DNA of 63,906 nucleotides, counting the filler, from Acidimicrobiia bacterium (lineage in GTDB: Bacteria > Actinomycetota > Acidimicrobiia > Spongiisociales > JAENVV01): assembly GCA_041577335.1 (NCBI GenBank). It is 3 parts of 3 records of this genome, joined end to end, with 100 filler letters (N's around TTAATTAATTAA, not from the genome) between each part and the next. Parts side by side here need not be neighbours in the genome. Positions count along the whole stretch, not along the records: positions 30,710 to 60,384 come from JBFGJH010000040.1; 2 more parts are not named here. One strand, 5' to 3'. This document shows, in pieces, positions 38,566-49,826 of this stretch (positions are counted from its first letter, which is position 1; every line of letters starts with the position of its first letter). The notes under the pieces are model-generated. The model worked only from the letters and a program-made list of their open reading frames with translations. It made no database searches and was not told where the DNA came from. Both the position numbers and the translations under genes were made by a program.

Positions 38566-40521
38566 TCAAAGACGCCCGAGGAAGTCCGTGATCTCGTCGA
38601 GATCGGTCGTGCCCGGCATCGGAGGCAAGCTGTCGACCAGCACTCGGCCGTAGGACTTGGTGGCCATCCGGGAGTCCAAGAGCGCTACGACTCCGCGATC
38701 GTCTACCGTGCGAATCAGGCGCCCAGCCCCTTGGGCGAGCAGCACCGCGGCCCGCGGCAGATCGACCGCCTGAAAAGCGTTCAGACCAGCAGCTTCGGCT
38801 CCTTCCCGCCGCGCCTGCCAGAGCGGATCATTGGGCCGGGGAAACGGCACCTTGTCGAGTACCACCAGCTGGAGTGACCGACCGGGAACGTCGATCCCTT
38901 CCCAGAATCCCATCGTGGCGACCAGGACCGACGTCTCGTCCGACTCGAATTGCTCGATCAGCCGGCGCTTCGGCAGCTCGTTCTGGGACAGGATCACCAC
39001 GTCCGCGGCGGCGCGGAGATGGTCTGTGAAGGCTTTGACCATTCGATGCGATGTCGACAAGACCAAAGCTCTGCCGCCCGACGCCTCGACGAGGGTTGCG
39101 ACCCGGGCGACCGTCTTCTCTTCCCAATCGCCGGCTCCTGGGGCGGGAAGATCGGTAGCGACATACAAACGGGCCTGATGCTCGAAGTCGAAAGGGCTGT
39201 CGACGTGCAACGCCCGATAGGAGCGCACCTGCGCCTCGTCATCCCCTCGGGACGTGTCGGCGACGTCCGCCAGGCCCTCGACTTCGACCTGCCGGAGCAG
39301 TCCCAGCTGGCGTGCAGTCGCCCGCACTCTCCTGCCGACCGACAGCGTTGCCGACGTCACCACCGTCGTCGTTCTCGCCAACACCTCATCGGTCATGCGA
39401 TCGCCGACATCCACCGGCGCCGCCCGAAGAATGACGCCGGCGGCGGTTCTCTCGGTCCAAACGACGAATCCCTCGGGTGGGCCAGAGATCATTTCGAGAT
39501 CCGCGAGGAGGTGCCCGGCGAGGCGCATGAACCTTGCCCGGGCGCCACCCAACGGGCCGTCGGCGGAAACGGCGCGGGCGGCCCGCAGCAGCTCGCTGCA
39601 GTCCACGGCCAAATCTTGCAGCGGGACGGCGAGTCGAGTGGAGGAAACGTCGCCGACCCTCCCGAGTGGCGTCTGGTCCAGGGCGCCGGCCAGTGCCCTG
39701 GCGCGCTTGGTGAGCGAATCGACGGTTCGGTCGGCCTTGCCGGCGCCCTTCAAGAAGGCAGCTGCACGCCGGAGCTGAAACACGCGTCCCGGGCCGAGGT
39801 CGAGGCCAAATGCCGATGCCATGGTGTCTGCCAGTCGGTGCCCTTCGTCGAAGACGACGACATCGTGCTCGCCGAGAATGGAATGGTTGGCCATCAGGTG
39901 TGCTCCGTACAAATGATGGTTCACCACAACGACGTCGACAGCCAGGGCTCGATCGAGCGCGGCCATTGCAAAACACGAGGCGGCCTGCGGGCAGGCATCA
40001 CGTCCTGGACATTCGGTTCCGGTGACCGACAGCTCGTTCCAAGTCTCGTCAGCGACGGCTCCAGGCAGGTCGTCGCGATCGCCCGAGGGCCCGCCCTCCA
40101 CCCACTCGACGAGCGTTTGGAGATCGTCGACATGGTCAGCAAACAGGGAAGATTGCTGCCGCTGCGTCACCTCGACGAGCCGGGACATGCACAAGTAGTT
40201 GGCGCGTCCTTTCACGGTCGCCCAGCTGAACTCGATTCCCGATGCCTTAAGAGCTTCGGCCAAGAATGGCAAATCCCGTTCCGATAGTTGATCCTGAAGC
40301 GATTTGGTGGCGGTTGACACCACCGCCCGCGCGCCTGAGGCAATCAGCGGCACGAGATAGCCGAAGCTCTTGCCGGTTCCGGGTCCGGCCTCTACCAGCA
40401 GGTGCGCTCCGTCAGCGACGGCCGACTCCACCGCTTCGGCCATGCGCAGCTGGCCGGGCCGCACCGACCCACCCGGCTTGGCCGCAATCACCGCTGCCAA
40501 GAGGTCTCCGCTGGTGCCCAT
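38566..40521 (-). CDS. DinG/YoaA-family ATP-dependent helicase
   Basis: GPGTGKS, KGRANYLC with Fe-S Cys, DEGH, TSATL, WEGID, QGAGRLIR. Confidence 0.9.
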   Translation of the reverse strand: MGTSGDLLAAVIAAKPGGSVRPGQLRMAEAVESAVADGAHLLVEAGPGTGKSFGYLVPLIASGARAVVSTATKSLQDQLSERDLPFLAEALKASGIEFSWATVKGRANYLCMSRLVEVTQRQQSSLFADHVDDLQTLVEWVEGGPSGDRDDLPGAVADETWNELSVTGTECPGRDACPQAASCFAMAALDRALAVDVVVVNHHLYGAHLMANHSILGEHDVVVFDEGHRLADTMASAFGLDLGPGRVFQLRRAAAFLKGAGKADRTVDSLTKRARALAGALDQTPLGRVGDVSSTRLAVPLQDLAVDCSELLRAARAVSADGPLGGARARFMRLAGHLLADLEMISGPPEGFVVWTERTAAGVILRAAPVDVGDRMTDEVLARTTTVVTSATLSVGRRVRATARQLGLLRQVEVEGLADVADTSRGDDEAQVRSYRALHVDSPFDFEHQARLYVATDLPAPGAGDWEEKTVARVATLVEASGGRALVLSTSHRMVKAFTDHLRAAADVVILSQNELPKRRLIEQFESDETSVLVATMGFWEGIDVPGRSLQLVVLDKVPFPRPNDPLWQARREGAEAAGLNAFQAVDLPRAAVLLAQGAGRLIRTVDDRGVVALLDSRMATKSYGRVLVDSLPPMPGTTDLDEITDFLGRL

Positions 40522-40569
40522 CGGGCGAGTGTAGGACGGCTCCAGGGACCGGCTACGCTCCTGATCCTC

Positions 40570-42252
<1,683 letters not shown>

Positions 42253-42282
42253 CGGCTCCCTGCCCTCGGCCCGGCGGAGAGG

Positions 42283-43578
42283 TTATTCGTCGAAGACGAT
42301 GAGAGGGCGCTGCTGCGAGGGGTCGTGATCGATGGGTGCGGGCGCCAGCAAACCACGATGACCTGGACAGGTTCCATCAAGGCATGCCACGACGTCCTCT
42401 GCGAATTGGCCGAAGATACCGCTCGCCAAGGCACGCTGGCCCGCACCCAGCCCACATCGATTGGCGTCGGTCACGCGTGAGATCCAACCGGTCAGCGCCT
42501 CGACCTCCTCGAGATCCGCTCGGCCGTCGAGCATCGACATGAATCCACTGCTGAATGCAGTGGTGCCCAGCTTGCAGGGAGGGCATTGGCCGCATGAGCC
42601 CTCCGACAGGAACCCCGAGAGTGCTGCCGCCACCTCAACCGCACAGGTGGAGTCGTCGTACACGATGAAGCCGCCAGACCCCAGACCACTCCCAATCGCA
42701 GCCAATGCCTCATACGACAGAGGAGTGTCGAGCTCCGCCTCCGTCAAAGGACGGTTCGACACACCGGATACAACCAACTTGGGCCGGCGTCCCTGCCTCA
42801 TGCCTCCCCCGGGCCCGTAGACGAGGTACGAAAGCGGCGTTCCCAATGGCAGCTCGACGACAACGGCATCGACGACGTCACCCGAGACGGTGAACACCAT
42901 GGACCCCGGCGACTCGTCTGTCCCCGTGGAGCGGAACCAGTCAGACCCCATCGCGATGATCGCCGGCACGTTGGCCAAGGTCTCGACGTTGTTGACGACG
43001 GTTGCCATCTCCGTTCCGTCTGGGTCGGCCAAGCCGGCCAGGTAGGGCGGAAGCACCCGTGGGAGCGGATCCCGGCCCTCGATCACCTCTAGCATTGCGG
43101 TCTCGACTCCGAACAGATAGTCATCCGGACCTTCGACGATCCGCACGTCGACGCCCGCCAGCAAGTTCGCGGCACCCATTTCTGCGCCAGCCGCAACCAG
43201 CCGTTCGATGTGGGGCTTAAAACGAGACTTGATGGCGATGATTGCGCTGGCGGCGCCAATGGCGAAGGCGCCGATTGCCAGGCCTTCGAGCACTCGGTAA
43301 GGGTCATACTCGAGGATCGCACGGTCCTTCATGGTCCCCGGTTCGCCCTCGGCAGCGTTGGCGACGATCACTGCGGGCTGACTGTCTTGGGCGGCGGTGC
43401 GCCACTTGAGGCCAGTCGCAAAACCCGCACCGCCTCGACCTCGCAATCCCGAGGATTTCACCTCTGCGATCACGCCGCTGGGACCAATTTCTCTTGCCCT
43501 GGCGATGCCCTGGCCACCCCCCGCAGCCAGGTAGGCCTTCAGGTTAGGGATCGGCTGGCGGGGCAATACACGGTTCAT
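42283..43578 (-). CDS. Stand-alone NuoF/HoxF-like flavoprotein (FMN, SLBB, 4Fe-4S)
   Basis: SGLRGRGGAGF, EGEPG, NNVETL, SCGQCPPC...CGLG. Confidence 0.85.
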   Translation of the reverse strand: MNRVLPRQPIPNLKAYLAAGGGQGIARAREIGPSGVIAEVKSSGLRGRGGAGFATGLKWRTAAQDSQPAVIVANAAEGEPGTMKDRAILEYDPYRVLEGLAIGAFAIGAASAIIAIKSRFKPHIERLVAAGAEMGAANLLAGVDVRIVEGPDDYLFGVETAMLEVIEGRDPLPRVLPPYLAGLADPDGTEMATVVNNVETLANVPAIIAMGSDWFRSTGTDESPGSMVFTVSGDVVDAVVVELPLGTPLSYLVYGPGGGMRQGRRPKLVVSGVSNRPLTEAELDTPLSYEALAAIGSGLGSGGFIVYDDSTCAVEVAAALSGFLSEGSCGQCPPCKLGTTAFSSGFMSMLDGRADLEEVEALTGWISRVTDANRCGLGAGQRALASGIFGQFAEDVVACLDGTCPGHRGLLAPAPIDHDPSQQRPLIVFDE

Positions 43579-43776
43579 TGTCTCGAAGCTAGCTTGAACT
43601 CGGGCGAACCAAGGCCCTCTGGGTTTGTCAGCGGCGGCTACGCCAGCCCCCTCACACGGTCGTTGGCGGCGGCTGCGTCGGCGCCAACTACAGGATGTGG
43701 GCTGCCAAGCGGCACCCCGAGGACGGAGCCGCGGGTAAGGCGAGGCGCAGTCCGATCGGATCAGGATCCGACCGGG

Positions 43777-44976
43777 TCAACTCGACCCGAGCGTGCTTGG
43801 GTCGAAACCTGCGTCGGCCTCGTCGATGTCCTCGCGGCGGATGCCGAGGAGGAACAGCACGGCGTCGAGGTAGGGGACGTTGAGAGCGGTGTCGGCGGCT
43901 TCGCGAACGACAGGTCGCGCATTGAAGGCAATCCCGAGGCCGGCGGCGGCCAACATGTCGACGTCATTGGCCCCATCGCCTACCGCAACGGTTTGTTCGA
44001 TGGGAATGCCCTTGGCGGCCGCCACTTGCCGAAGCACATCGGCCTTGGAGGCCCGATCGATCACGGTGCCGACGATACGGCCGGTGAGTTTTCCATCGCG
44101 AATCTCCAACTCGTTGGCGTAGACATGATCGAGGCCGAGCACCTCTTGGAGCCGATCGACGAAGAAATCGAAGCCGCCCGAGACGGCGGCCACGGTGTAG
44201 CCGAGTCGCTTGAGGGTGCGGACAAACGTCCTGGCGCCCGGGGTCAGCTCGATCTCTCGAGCGATGATATCGAGAGCGGCTTCGTTGAGCCCGGCCAGGG
44301 CCGCGACCCGCTCGCGCAGCGCCGACTCGAAGTCGATCTCGCCGGCCATGGCTCGATCTGTGATCGCCGCCACCGCATTGCCCACCCCAGCGGCTTCGGC
44401 CACGCGGTCGATGATCTCACCCTGGACCAGCGTCGAGTCCACATCCAAGACGACCAGACGCTTGGCTCGCCTCCCCAGGCCTTCGCGCTGCATGGCGACA
44501 TCGATCGCGTGTTCTGCTGCGACGTGCCACAGAGCTTCGCGGATCTTGTCGGCCTCGCCGGAGCTCACGATGAACTCATAGCTCACGACCGGCTGACGTG
44601 ACAGTTGGATGATGCGATCGATGTTGGCGCCACCGGCGGCGATGGCCTCGGTCACACCGGCTAGTGATTGTGGGCGAAGCTCTGGGCCGATCACGCTCAC
44701 CGCGAATCTCGGCCCTGTCGGCTCGGATCCCTCGTCTTCCACCATCTCGAAATCGACCGAGATCGTCTTCTCCCACCCGTAATAGAGGACCTCTTTCAGC
44801 AGCCCCGAGTCTTCAGCAACCGAGACGAGCACGTCGAGGGTGAGCCGGTCGCGCACGACGATCTGCTCCATGTCGAGCACGGCCGCGTCGTGGCGAGCAA
44901 TGATGGCGAGCAGGCCCGCCGTGATGCCCGGGCGGTCTGCCCCGGACACGCGAATGAGAACCGTTGTCGGGCGCAT
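43777..44976 (-). CDS. serB: Phosphoserine phosphatase with ACT domains
   Basis: GADRPGIT, DVDST, SGGF, GDGAND. Confidence 0.95.
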   Translation of the reverse strand: MRPTTVLIRVSGADRPGITAGLLAIIARHDAAVLDMEQIVVRDRLTLDVLVSVAEDSGLLKEVLYYGWEKTISVDFEMVEDEGSEPTGPRFAVSVIGPELRPQSLAGVTEAIAAGGANIDRIIQLSRQPVVSYEFIVSSGEADKIREALWHVAAEHAIDVAMQREGLGRRAKRLVVLDVDSTLVQGEIIDRVAEAAGVGNAVAAITDRAMAGEIDFESALRERVAALAGLNEAALDIIAREIELTPGARTFVRTLKRLGYTVAAVSGGFDFFVDRLQEVLGLDHVYANELEIRDGKLTGRIVGTVIDRASKADVLRQVAAAKGIPIEQTVAVGDGANDVDMLAAAGLGIAFNARPVVREAADTALNVPYLDAVLFLLGIRREDIDEADAGFDPSTLGSS

Positions 44977-45009
44977 GCCCGGGAGATTACGAGTTCCGAC
45001 GCCCAGGGC

Positions 45010-47175
45010 CTAACCGGCTGTCAGAGCCCGTTTGAGGAAGGCTGCCATCTGGCCCCGTGTGACGTCGTTCCCTGGGCAGTAGCTGTTTTCCAGGGCGCAC
45101 CCTCCGGTGATACCGGAAGCGGCAAGGGCGTTGATGTTGGGCTCATGAACGCTGGCATCGTCGTCGCCGAACTCGTCGACCGCCGAAGCGGGCAGATCGA
45201 ATGCGTCCACGAGAAACGAAGCCATCTGGGCGCGAGTGACATTGTCGCCAGGGCAGTAGCTGTCCGGCCCGAGCTTGCAACCGTTGGTGATCCCGGCTGC
45301 TGCCAAGCTGTTGATGTCGTTCTCGAACGTCGTGCCGTCGTCATCGGAGAAATAGTCGGTGGCCGTATCCGGCAGCACCAAAGCTCGCTTGAGGAACGCA
45401 GCCATTTGCCCGCGGGTGATCGAATCCGAAGGGCAGAATTCGGGCGGGACGGTCGAGCACCCACCGGTGATGCCCTCCTCGAACAGCCATTCGATGTCGT
45501 TCTTGAACGTCGAGTTGTCGATGTCGCTGAAATAGCTGACCGGCTCGCCCATGCGCAGCTCGCCGATGCCGTACTGGTTGTCCAGGCCTGCCGGCCCACT
45601 ATCGAGCGTCAGGTCGCCCAGGAAATCCATCACTTCGTCTGGGGTGAAATGCGGTCGTGCGTCGAGGACAAGTGCGGCAGCCCCGCCGACGTGGGGAGCG
45701 GCCGACGAAGTCCCGGGAAACGACGAAAAACAGTTGCCGGCCACGGTCTCGCCAAATCCAAACGTCGAAACACCGTCGGCGGCACTGATATCGGGCTTCA
45801 CCCTTCCATCGATCGTGGGCCCTTGTGATGAGAACGTTTCGAGAGTGTCGGTGGACCAGCACACCGCTCCCACCGCAGTGGCGTAGGGCGACGAGGCCGG
45901 TTCGACCACCGAACGAGCCACGGTGTTGGCCTCAATACCGTTGTGGCCAAGCACAAAGAAGTCCATCGTGAGGTTCTGTGTGCCGCTGAACCGCTGAACC
46001 TCGAGGAACACCGTTTGATCCGACCCGGTGTTGTTCACGTAGAAGAGGTATTCCACGGGCTCGGCGCCGGGAGCCGTCGTCTGATCTCCAAATGAGAAGG
46101 TCAGAATCGCGCTGTTGATGTCATAGAGGACCAAGTCGTAGTCCTCTTGGGTGATGGGCCATCCGTCATATTTCATGTAAACCTCGATGGCCTGGCCGGC
46201 CGGCACCAAGATGTTCATATCGGGGTCGCCGCCTCCCCAGTCGTGAACGATTGTCCCCGCAGACGTCGTGGGCACGAAGGCGGCGCCGTAGTGGTCCTCG
46301 GCGAAGTTGCCGGCGGCGTTCACCCAGAGAATCCCGGCCTGATTGGCCCGAAAGACGGCATTGTCGGGTGATGGTGCCGTCTGAGTCCCGTCTCCTCGAC
46401 TCGAGTTGAGCCAGGCGACAGAATGGACGACGACGTCGACACCGTTGGCGATCACCCAGTCGGCCGCAGACTCGACGTCGAAGATCGACTCGACACAGAT
46501 CAACGCCAGATCAGCCTGAGGCGCCATATCGTGGACGATTTCGGCTACTGCGGTTCCGTGCGGATCGGAACCAGTGAACGAGGCGCAGTTGTTCACGATT
46601 TCGACATCGGCCGGGAGTTCCTCGGCCGCCTGGGCCGCCACATAGTCGGCGAAGGAAAGGTCGATGATCGCCACCTTCGTGCCGGTGCCGTCGTAGCCGT
46701 CGAGTTGCCACAGGTCGGCCCCACTCTCCGCCACGCCTTCGCTCTCGATGGCGAGTGCGATGGGTCGCACCGGTTCCCTCACCGAAGTGACACCGTCGAG
46801 CGCAGCCAGTCCTCGAAGGCCGTCCGTGGGAATCTCGACGAGGGCCGATGTGCCGCGCTCGGCCTTGATCTGGCCTCCGAGGGCTGAGACATCGGCACGG
46901 AAACTCGCGCCCGGGGTGGTGCTGAGCAGCACCTGCGCTTCCACCGTCATCGGATCTTGCGGGGCCGCAACGCCTTCCTCGGCCATACGAGCTGCCTGCT
47001 CGAGCGGCGTATCGAGGCCAGAGATCCCTATCCGCGACGTCCGATCGACCGAGGTCGGATCCTGGCGCTCGAGGGTCATCGGATCCGGTGCTTGTGACGC
47101 ACCGGCCGGCGCCATGATGGCCAGCGCCACCGCCACGGCGGCGAGCACGACCAGTTGTCGATTCTTGCGGCGCAC
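45010..47175 (-). CDS. Secreted S8 peptidase with C-terminal SLH repeats
   Basis: GTG start after AAGGGGAG; signal peptide; IID, HGTAVAE, AAGN, GTSSAAPH; three Cys-containing SLH repeats. Confidence 0.88.
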   Translation of the reverse strand: MRRKNRQLVVLAAVAVALAIMAPAGASQAPDPMTLERQDPTSVDRTSRIGISGLDTPLEQAARMAEEGVAAPQDPMTVEAQVLLSTTPGASFRADVSALGGQIKAERGTSALVEIPTDGLRGLAALDGVTSVREPVRPIALAIESEGVAESGADLWQLDGYDGTGTKVAIIDLSFADYVAAQAAEELPADVEIVNNCASFTGSDPHGTAVAEIVHDMAPQADLALICVESIFDVESAADWVIANGVDVVVHSVAWLNSSRGDGTQTAPSPDNAVFRANQAGILWVNAAGNFAEDHYGAAFVPTTSAGTIVHDWGGGDPDMNILVPAGQAIEVYMKYDGWPITQEDYDLVLYDINSAILTFSFGDQTTAPGAEPVEYLFYVNNTGSDQTVFLEVQRFSGTQNLTMDFFVLGHNGIEANTVARSVVEPASSPYATAVGAVCWSTDTLETFSSQGPTIDGRVKPDISAADGVSTFGFGETVAGNCFSSFPGTSSAAPHVGGAAALVLDARPHFTPDEVMDFLGDLTLDSGPAGLDNQYGIGELRMGEPVSYFSDIDNSTFKNDIEWLFEEGITGGCSTVPPEFCPSDSITRGQMAAFLKRALVLPDTATDYFSDDDGTTFENDINSLAAAGITNGCKLGPDSYCPGDNVTRAQMASFLVDAFDLPASAVDEFGDDDASVHEPNINALAASGITGGCALENSYCPGNDVTRGQMAAFLKRALTAG

Positions 47176-47364
47176 AGCGCTCCCCTTTTTCACGAACTCA
47201 AAAACCCTAGCGGCGCATCGCGTCAATCCAACCCGGTCGCGCCTCCCTGGCCGTATCGGGTTGGTGCTCGCCAACCTTGAGCGTGTGGGCCGCGGATCCA
47301 ATGAGACGACGGGTGAAAGGCCGCCCTCAACAACACAGCAATTGAGAAGGCTTCGCGTTCGCCG

Positions 47365-47464
47365 CGGCGTCTGTTTGAGCCCAGTGCGAAACCCCGGAAC
47401 TCCCTCGGAACCGCAATGGGACGCACGAACCGAGGCCGGGCTCAAAGTCGGCCGCCCAACAACA
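47365..47464. repeat. About 100-bp structured direct repeat, copy A
   Basis: Near-identical to 47583-47681; internal inverted repeat TTTGAGCCCAG/CCGGGCTCAAA. Confidence 0.9.
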
Positions 47465-47582
47465 CAGCCCGGACCAAAAGACTCCCCTACGCGGCCACAG
47501 CAAAACGTGAAACGTATGTAGGGACGTGCGGTTGCTTCGCAACCGCTTTGGAGAACGCCACGCGTCCTCCAAAGCGGCCGAC

Positions 47583-47681
47583 CGGCGTCTGTTTGAGCCC
47601 GGTGTGAAACCCGGAACTCCCTCGGAACCGCAATGGGACGCACGAACCGAGGCCGGGCTCAAAGTCGGCCGCCCGACAACA
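47583..47681. repeat. About 100-bp structured direct repeat, copy B, abutting the ssrA 3' end
   Basis: Perfect 11-bp inverted repeat TTTGAGCCCGG (47592-47602)/CCGGGCTCAAA (47653-47663); inner CCTCGG/CCGAGG stem. Confidence 0.9.
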
Positions 47682-47684
47682 GAG

Positions 47685-48036
47685 TGGAGGTGGGGGGAGT
47701 CGAACCCCCGTCCGTCGAATCGTCAGCGCCGCTTCTCCGAGCGCAGCCTTCAGCAAGCATTCGGAACGGCGGAACTCTGATGGCTAGTTTTCCGCTGCCC
47801 TATCTGGAATTGAACTTGACCCGACCGTCCCAGAACCCGGTCGGGCGCATCCTTCATTGCGACGCCTGGGTCCGGCGAGGAAGGAACCCTCCGGTCAGAC
47901 GAGCTGCATTTAGTTAGGCAGCCAGTGCGAAGTTGTCTTCAGCACCTATTGGTGTTCCGGCTCTTTAACGAGGACTCCGGAGACCTCGGCTCGCTTCCGG
48001 CGCATCAACATTCAACGTCGATACCGTTTCACCCCC
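47685..48036 (-). ncRNA. ssrA: tmRNA; tag peptide AEDNFALAA at 47943-47914
   Basis: 5' GGGGGTGAAACGGTATCGAC, 3' GGTTCGACTCCCCCCACCTCCA, tag ORF ending in ALAA-TAA, directly downstream of smpB. Confidence 0.95.
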
Positions 48037-48167
48037 ATGGGCAAGAGCAGTGTACTTGGTGAGCGCCGCTTCGAGAAGGCGCAGCCCCAAGACCCACGAC
48101 CCACGACCCACGAGGCCGTGCTGGGGTCGGTCTCGAGTCGTGGTTCTCGAGTCGCGCCCGGGCGGCG

Positions 48168-48626
48168 CTAGCGGCGCAGCTCGCGTTGGATTTCGCGTTT
48201 CATATCGCGTTCCTTGATGCTTTGGCGCTTGTCGTAGGCGCGTTTCCCGCGACCGAGGCCGAGCTCGATCTTGGCTTTTCCATTGCGGAAGTAAACGCTG
48301 AGAGGGACGAGCGTGAGGCCCCTCTCGTCGAGCGCAGCGCGGATCCGCTCGATCTCTCGTTTGTTCAGGAGAAGCTTGCGTGCTCGATCCGGCTCGTGGC
48401 CACCGTCGCGGGCAAACGCATACGGGGCGATGTTGAACCCGATGAGATACGCCTCGCCGTCGCGAATGTGGCCGTAGGAATCGGCGAAGTTGGCCTGGCC
48501 GGCGCGGAGCGATTTCACCTCGGATCCAACCAGCACGAGCCCCGCTTCATAGGTGTCGGAGATCTCGTAGTTGTATCGGGCCTTGCGGTTTGTTGCGATG
48601 ATCTTCCGAGCGCTGGACTCGGTCAT
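48168..48626 (-). CDS. smpB: SsrA-binding protein
   Basis: NRKARYNY, GSEVKSLR, RKLLL, GKRAYDKR. Confidence 0.96.
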   Translation of the reverse strand: MTESSARKIIATNRKARYNYEISDTYEAGLVLVGSEVKSLRAGQANFADSYGHIRDGEAYLIGFNIAPYAFARDGGHEPDRARKLLLNKREIERIRAALDERGLTLVPLSVYFRNGKAKIELGLGRGKRAYDKRQSIKERDMKREIQRELRR

Positions 48627-49822
48627 CCGCCGAGATACCCCATGGGGTTCACCGGATTGCCGTTGACGCGCGTTTCGAAGTGGAGGTGGGGGCCGGTCGA
48701 GAACCCGGTGCTCCCCACGTAGCCGATGAGGCCACCCTTGGAGACCGAAGCGCCGTTTCCTACCGCAATCGAGCTCTGATGGGCGTACAGCGTCGTCAGG
48801 CCGCCTCCATGGTCGACGACGACGGTGTTCCCGTATCCACCTTGCCACCCGCTGATGATGACCGTTCCGCTGTCGGCAGCTCCGATGGGTGTGCCCGATC
48901 CGGCGCCGATGTCGATGCCGGCGTGGAAGCGGCTCGAACCCGTGATGGGATGGGTTCGCCATCCAAAACCTGACGTGACCGGGCCGCCGATGGGCCATGC
49001 CAGCACTCCGGATCCGCCGCCGCCAACCGAGCCTCCGCTGGTGGCTCGGCGGATGGCGTCCGCGATCCTCGCTGACTCTGCTTCCAGGTTGCCGATCTCG
49101 GATTCGTAGGCGGCGATGGTGGCATTGATCTCCGCGACGAGCGCCGCTGCGGCGTCGACTTCGGTCTGGACTTCTGCGGCCTTCTCGTCGAGGGCAATCT
49201 TTTGAACTGCCAGTTCGGCGCGATCGGCTTCCAGCTCGACGATCAGAATCTCGATCTGGGCCTTCTCATCCTCGATCTTCTCTTGTTGCTGCTTCTCTTG
49301 GCGTTCGAGTACCTCGAGCGTGTTGAGCAGCTGTTCGGAGGATTGCACGACGTGGCCGGCGTACTCGAGGCTGACCCCCAATTCGGCGACGTCGTCGACG
49401 TTGGCGATCACGCCGCTCACATTGAGCGATCGGTCCATGTAGAGCTCGACAGCCCGATCCCGAACCAGCGTTCGGCTCTCCCTCACCTGGAGACGGGTAT
49501 CGGCCAAGTCCCTCGAGAGGCGGTCGAGGAGCGCCTCTGTGTCGGCGAGTTTCTGCTCCTTGAGGGCGATATCTGCTTCCACCGCATCGATCTCTGCCTT
49601 CAGTGCGGCCAGCTCGGCCTGGAGCGCTTGCAAACGTGCTTGGGCTGCGGCCAGCTCCTCCTCGACCGCGCTGCGGCGCCCCTCTTCGTTCTGAATGAGG
49701 GACTCGATGTCATCGATCTGACGTTCGATTTCTTCGATGTCGTCCTGGTTCTGGGCGCCGGCCGGCACGAAGCCCGCCAGGACCACAGCCATGAGGATCA
49801 TGAGGATGAGAAGGCGCTTCAT
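48623..49822 (-). CDS. Coiled-coil M23 peptidoglycan endopeptidase (FtsEX partner)
   Basis: Signal peptide, long coiled coil, HAGID, YAHQ, GPHLHFE. Confidence 0.9.
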   Translation of the reverse strand: MKRLLILMILMAVVLAGFVPAGAQNQDDIEEIERQIDDIESLIQNEEGRRSAVEEELAAAQARLQALQAELAALKAEIDAVEADIALKEQKLADTEALLDRLSRDLADTRLQVRESRTLVRDRAVELYMDRSLNVSGVIANVDDVAELGVSLEYAGHVVQSSEQLLNTLEVLERQEKQQQEKIEDEKAQIEILIVELEADRAELAVQKIALDEKAAEVQTEVDAAAALVAEINATIAAYESEIGNLEAESARIADAIRRATSGGSVGGGGSGVLAWPIGGPVTSGFGWRTHPITGSSRFHAGIDIGAGSGTPIGAADSGTVIISGWQGGYGNTVVVDHGGGLTTLYAHQSSIAVGNGASVSKGGLIGYVGSTGFSTGPHLHFETRVNGNPVNPMGYLGG

Positions 49823-49826
49823 TTGC

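Noticed and set aside
47176..47643. 156-aa N-terminal extension of the S8 ORF (45010..47643)
   Set aside because: It reads through the non-coding repeat; RBS and signal peptide place the start at 47175
47365..47681. CRISPR array or known riboswitch (GGGACGCA resembles part of c-di-GMP-I)
   Set aside because: Units are about 100 nt with only two full copies and no cas genes; the rest of the riboswitch consensus is absent and the match is on the strand opposite the downstream gene
48091..48113. (GACCCAC)x3 upstream of ssrA
   Set aside because: Short microsatellite with no supporting evidence of function
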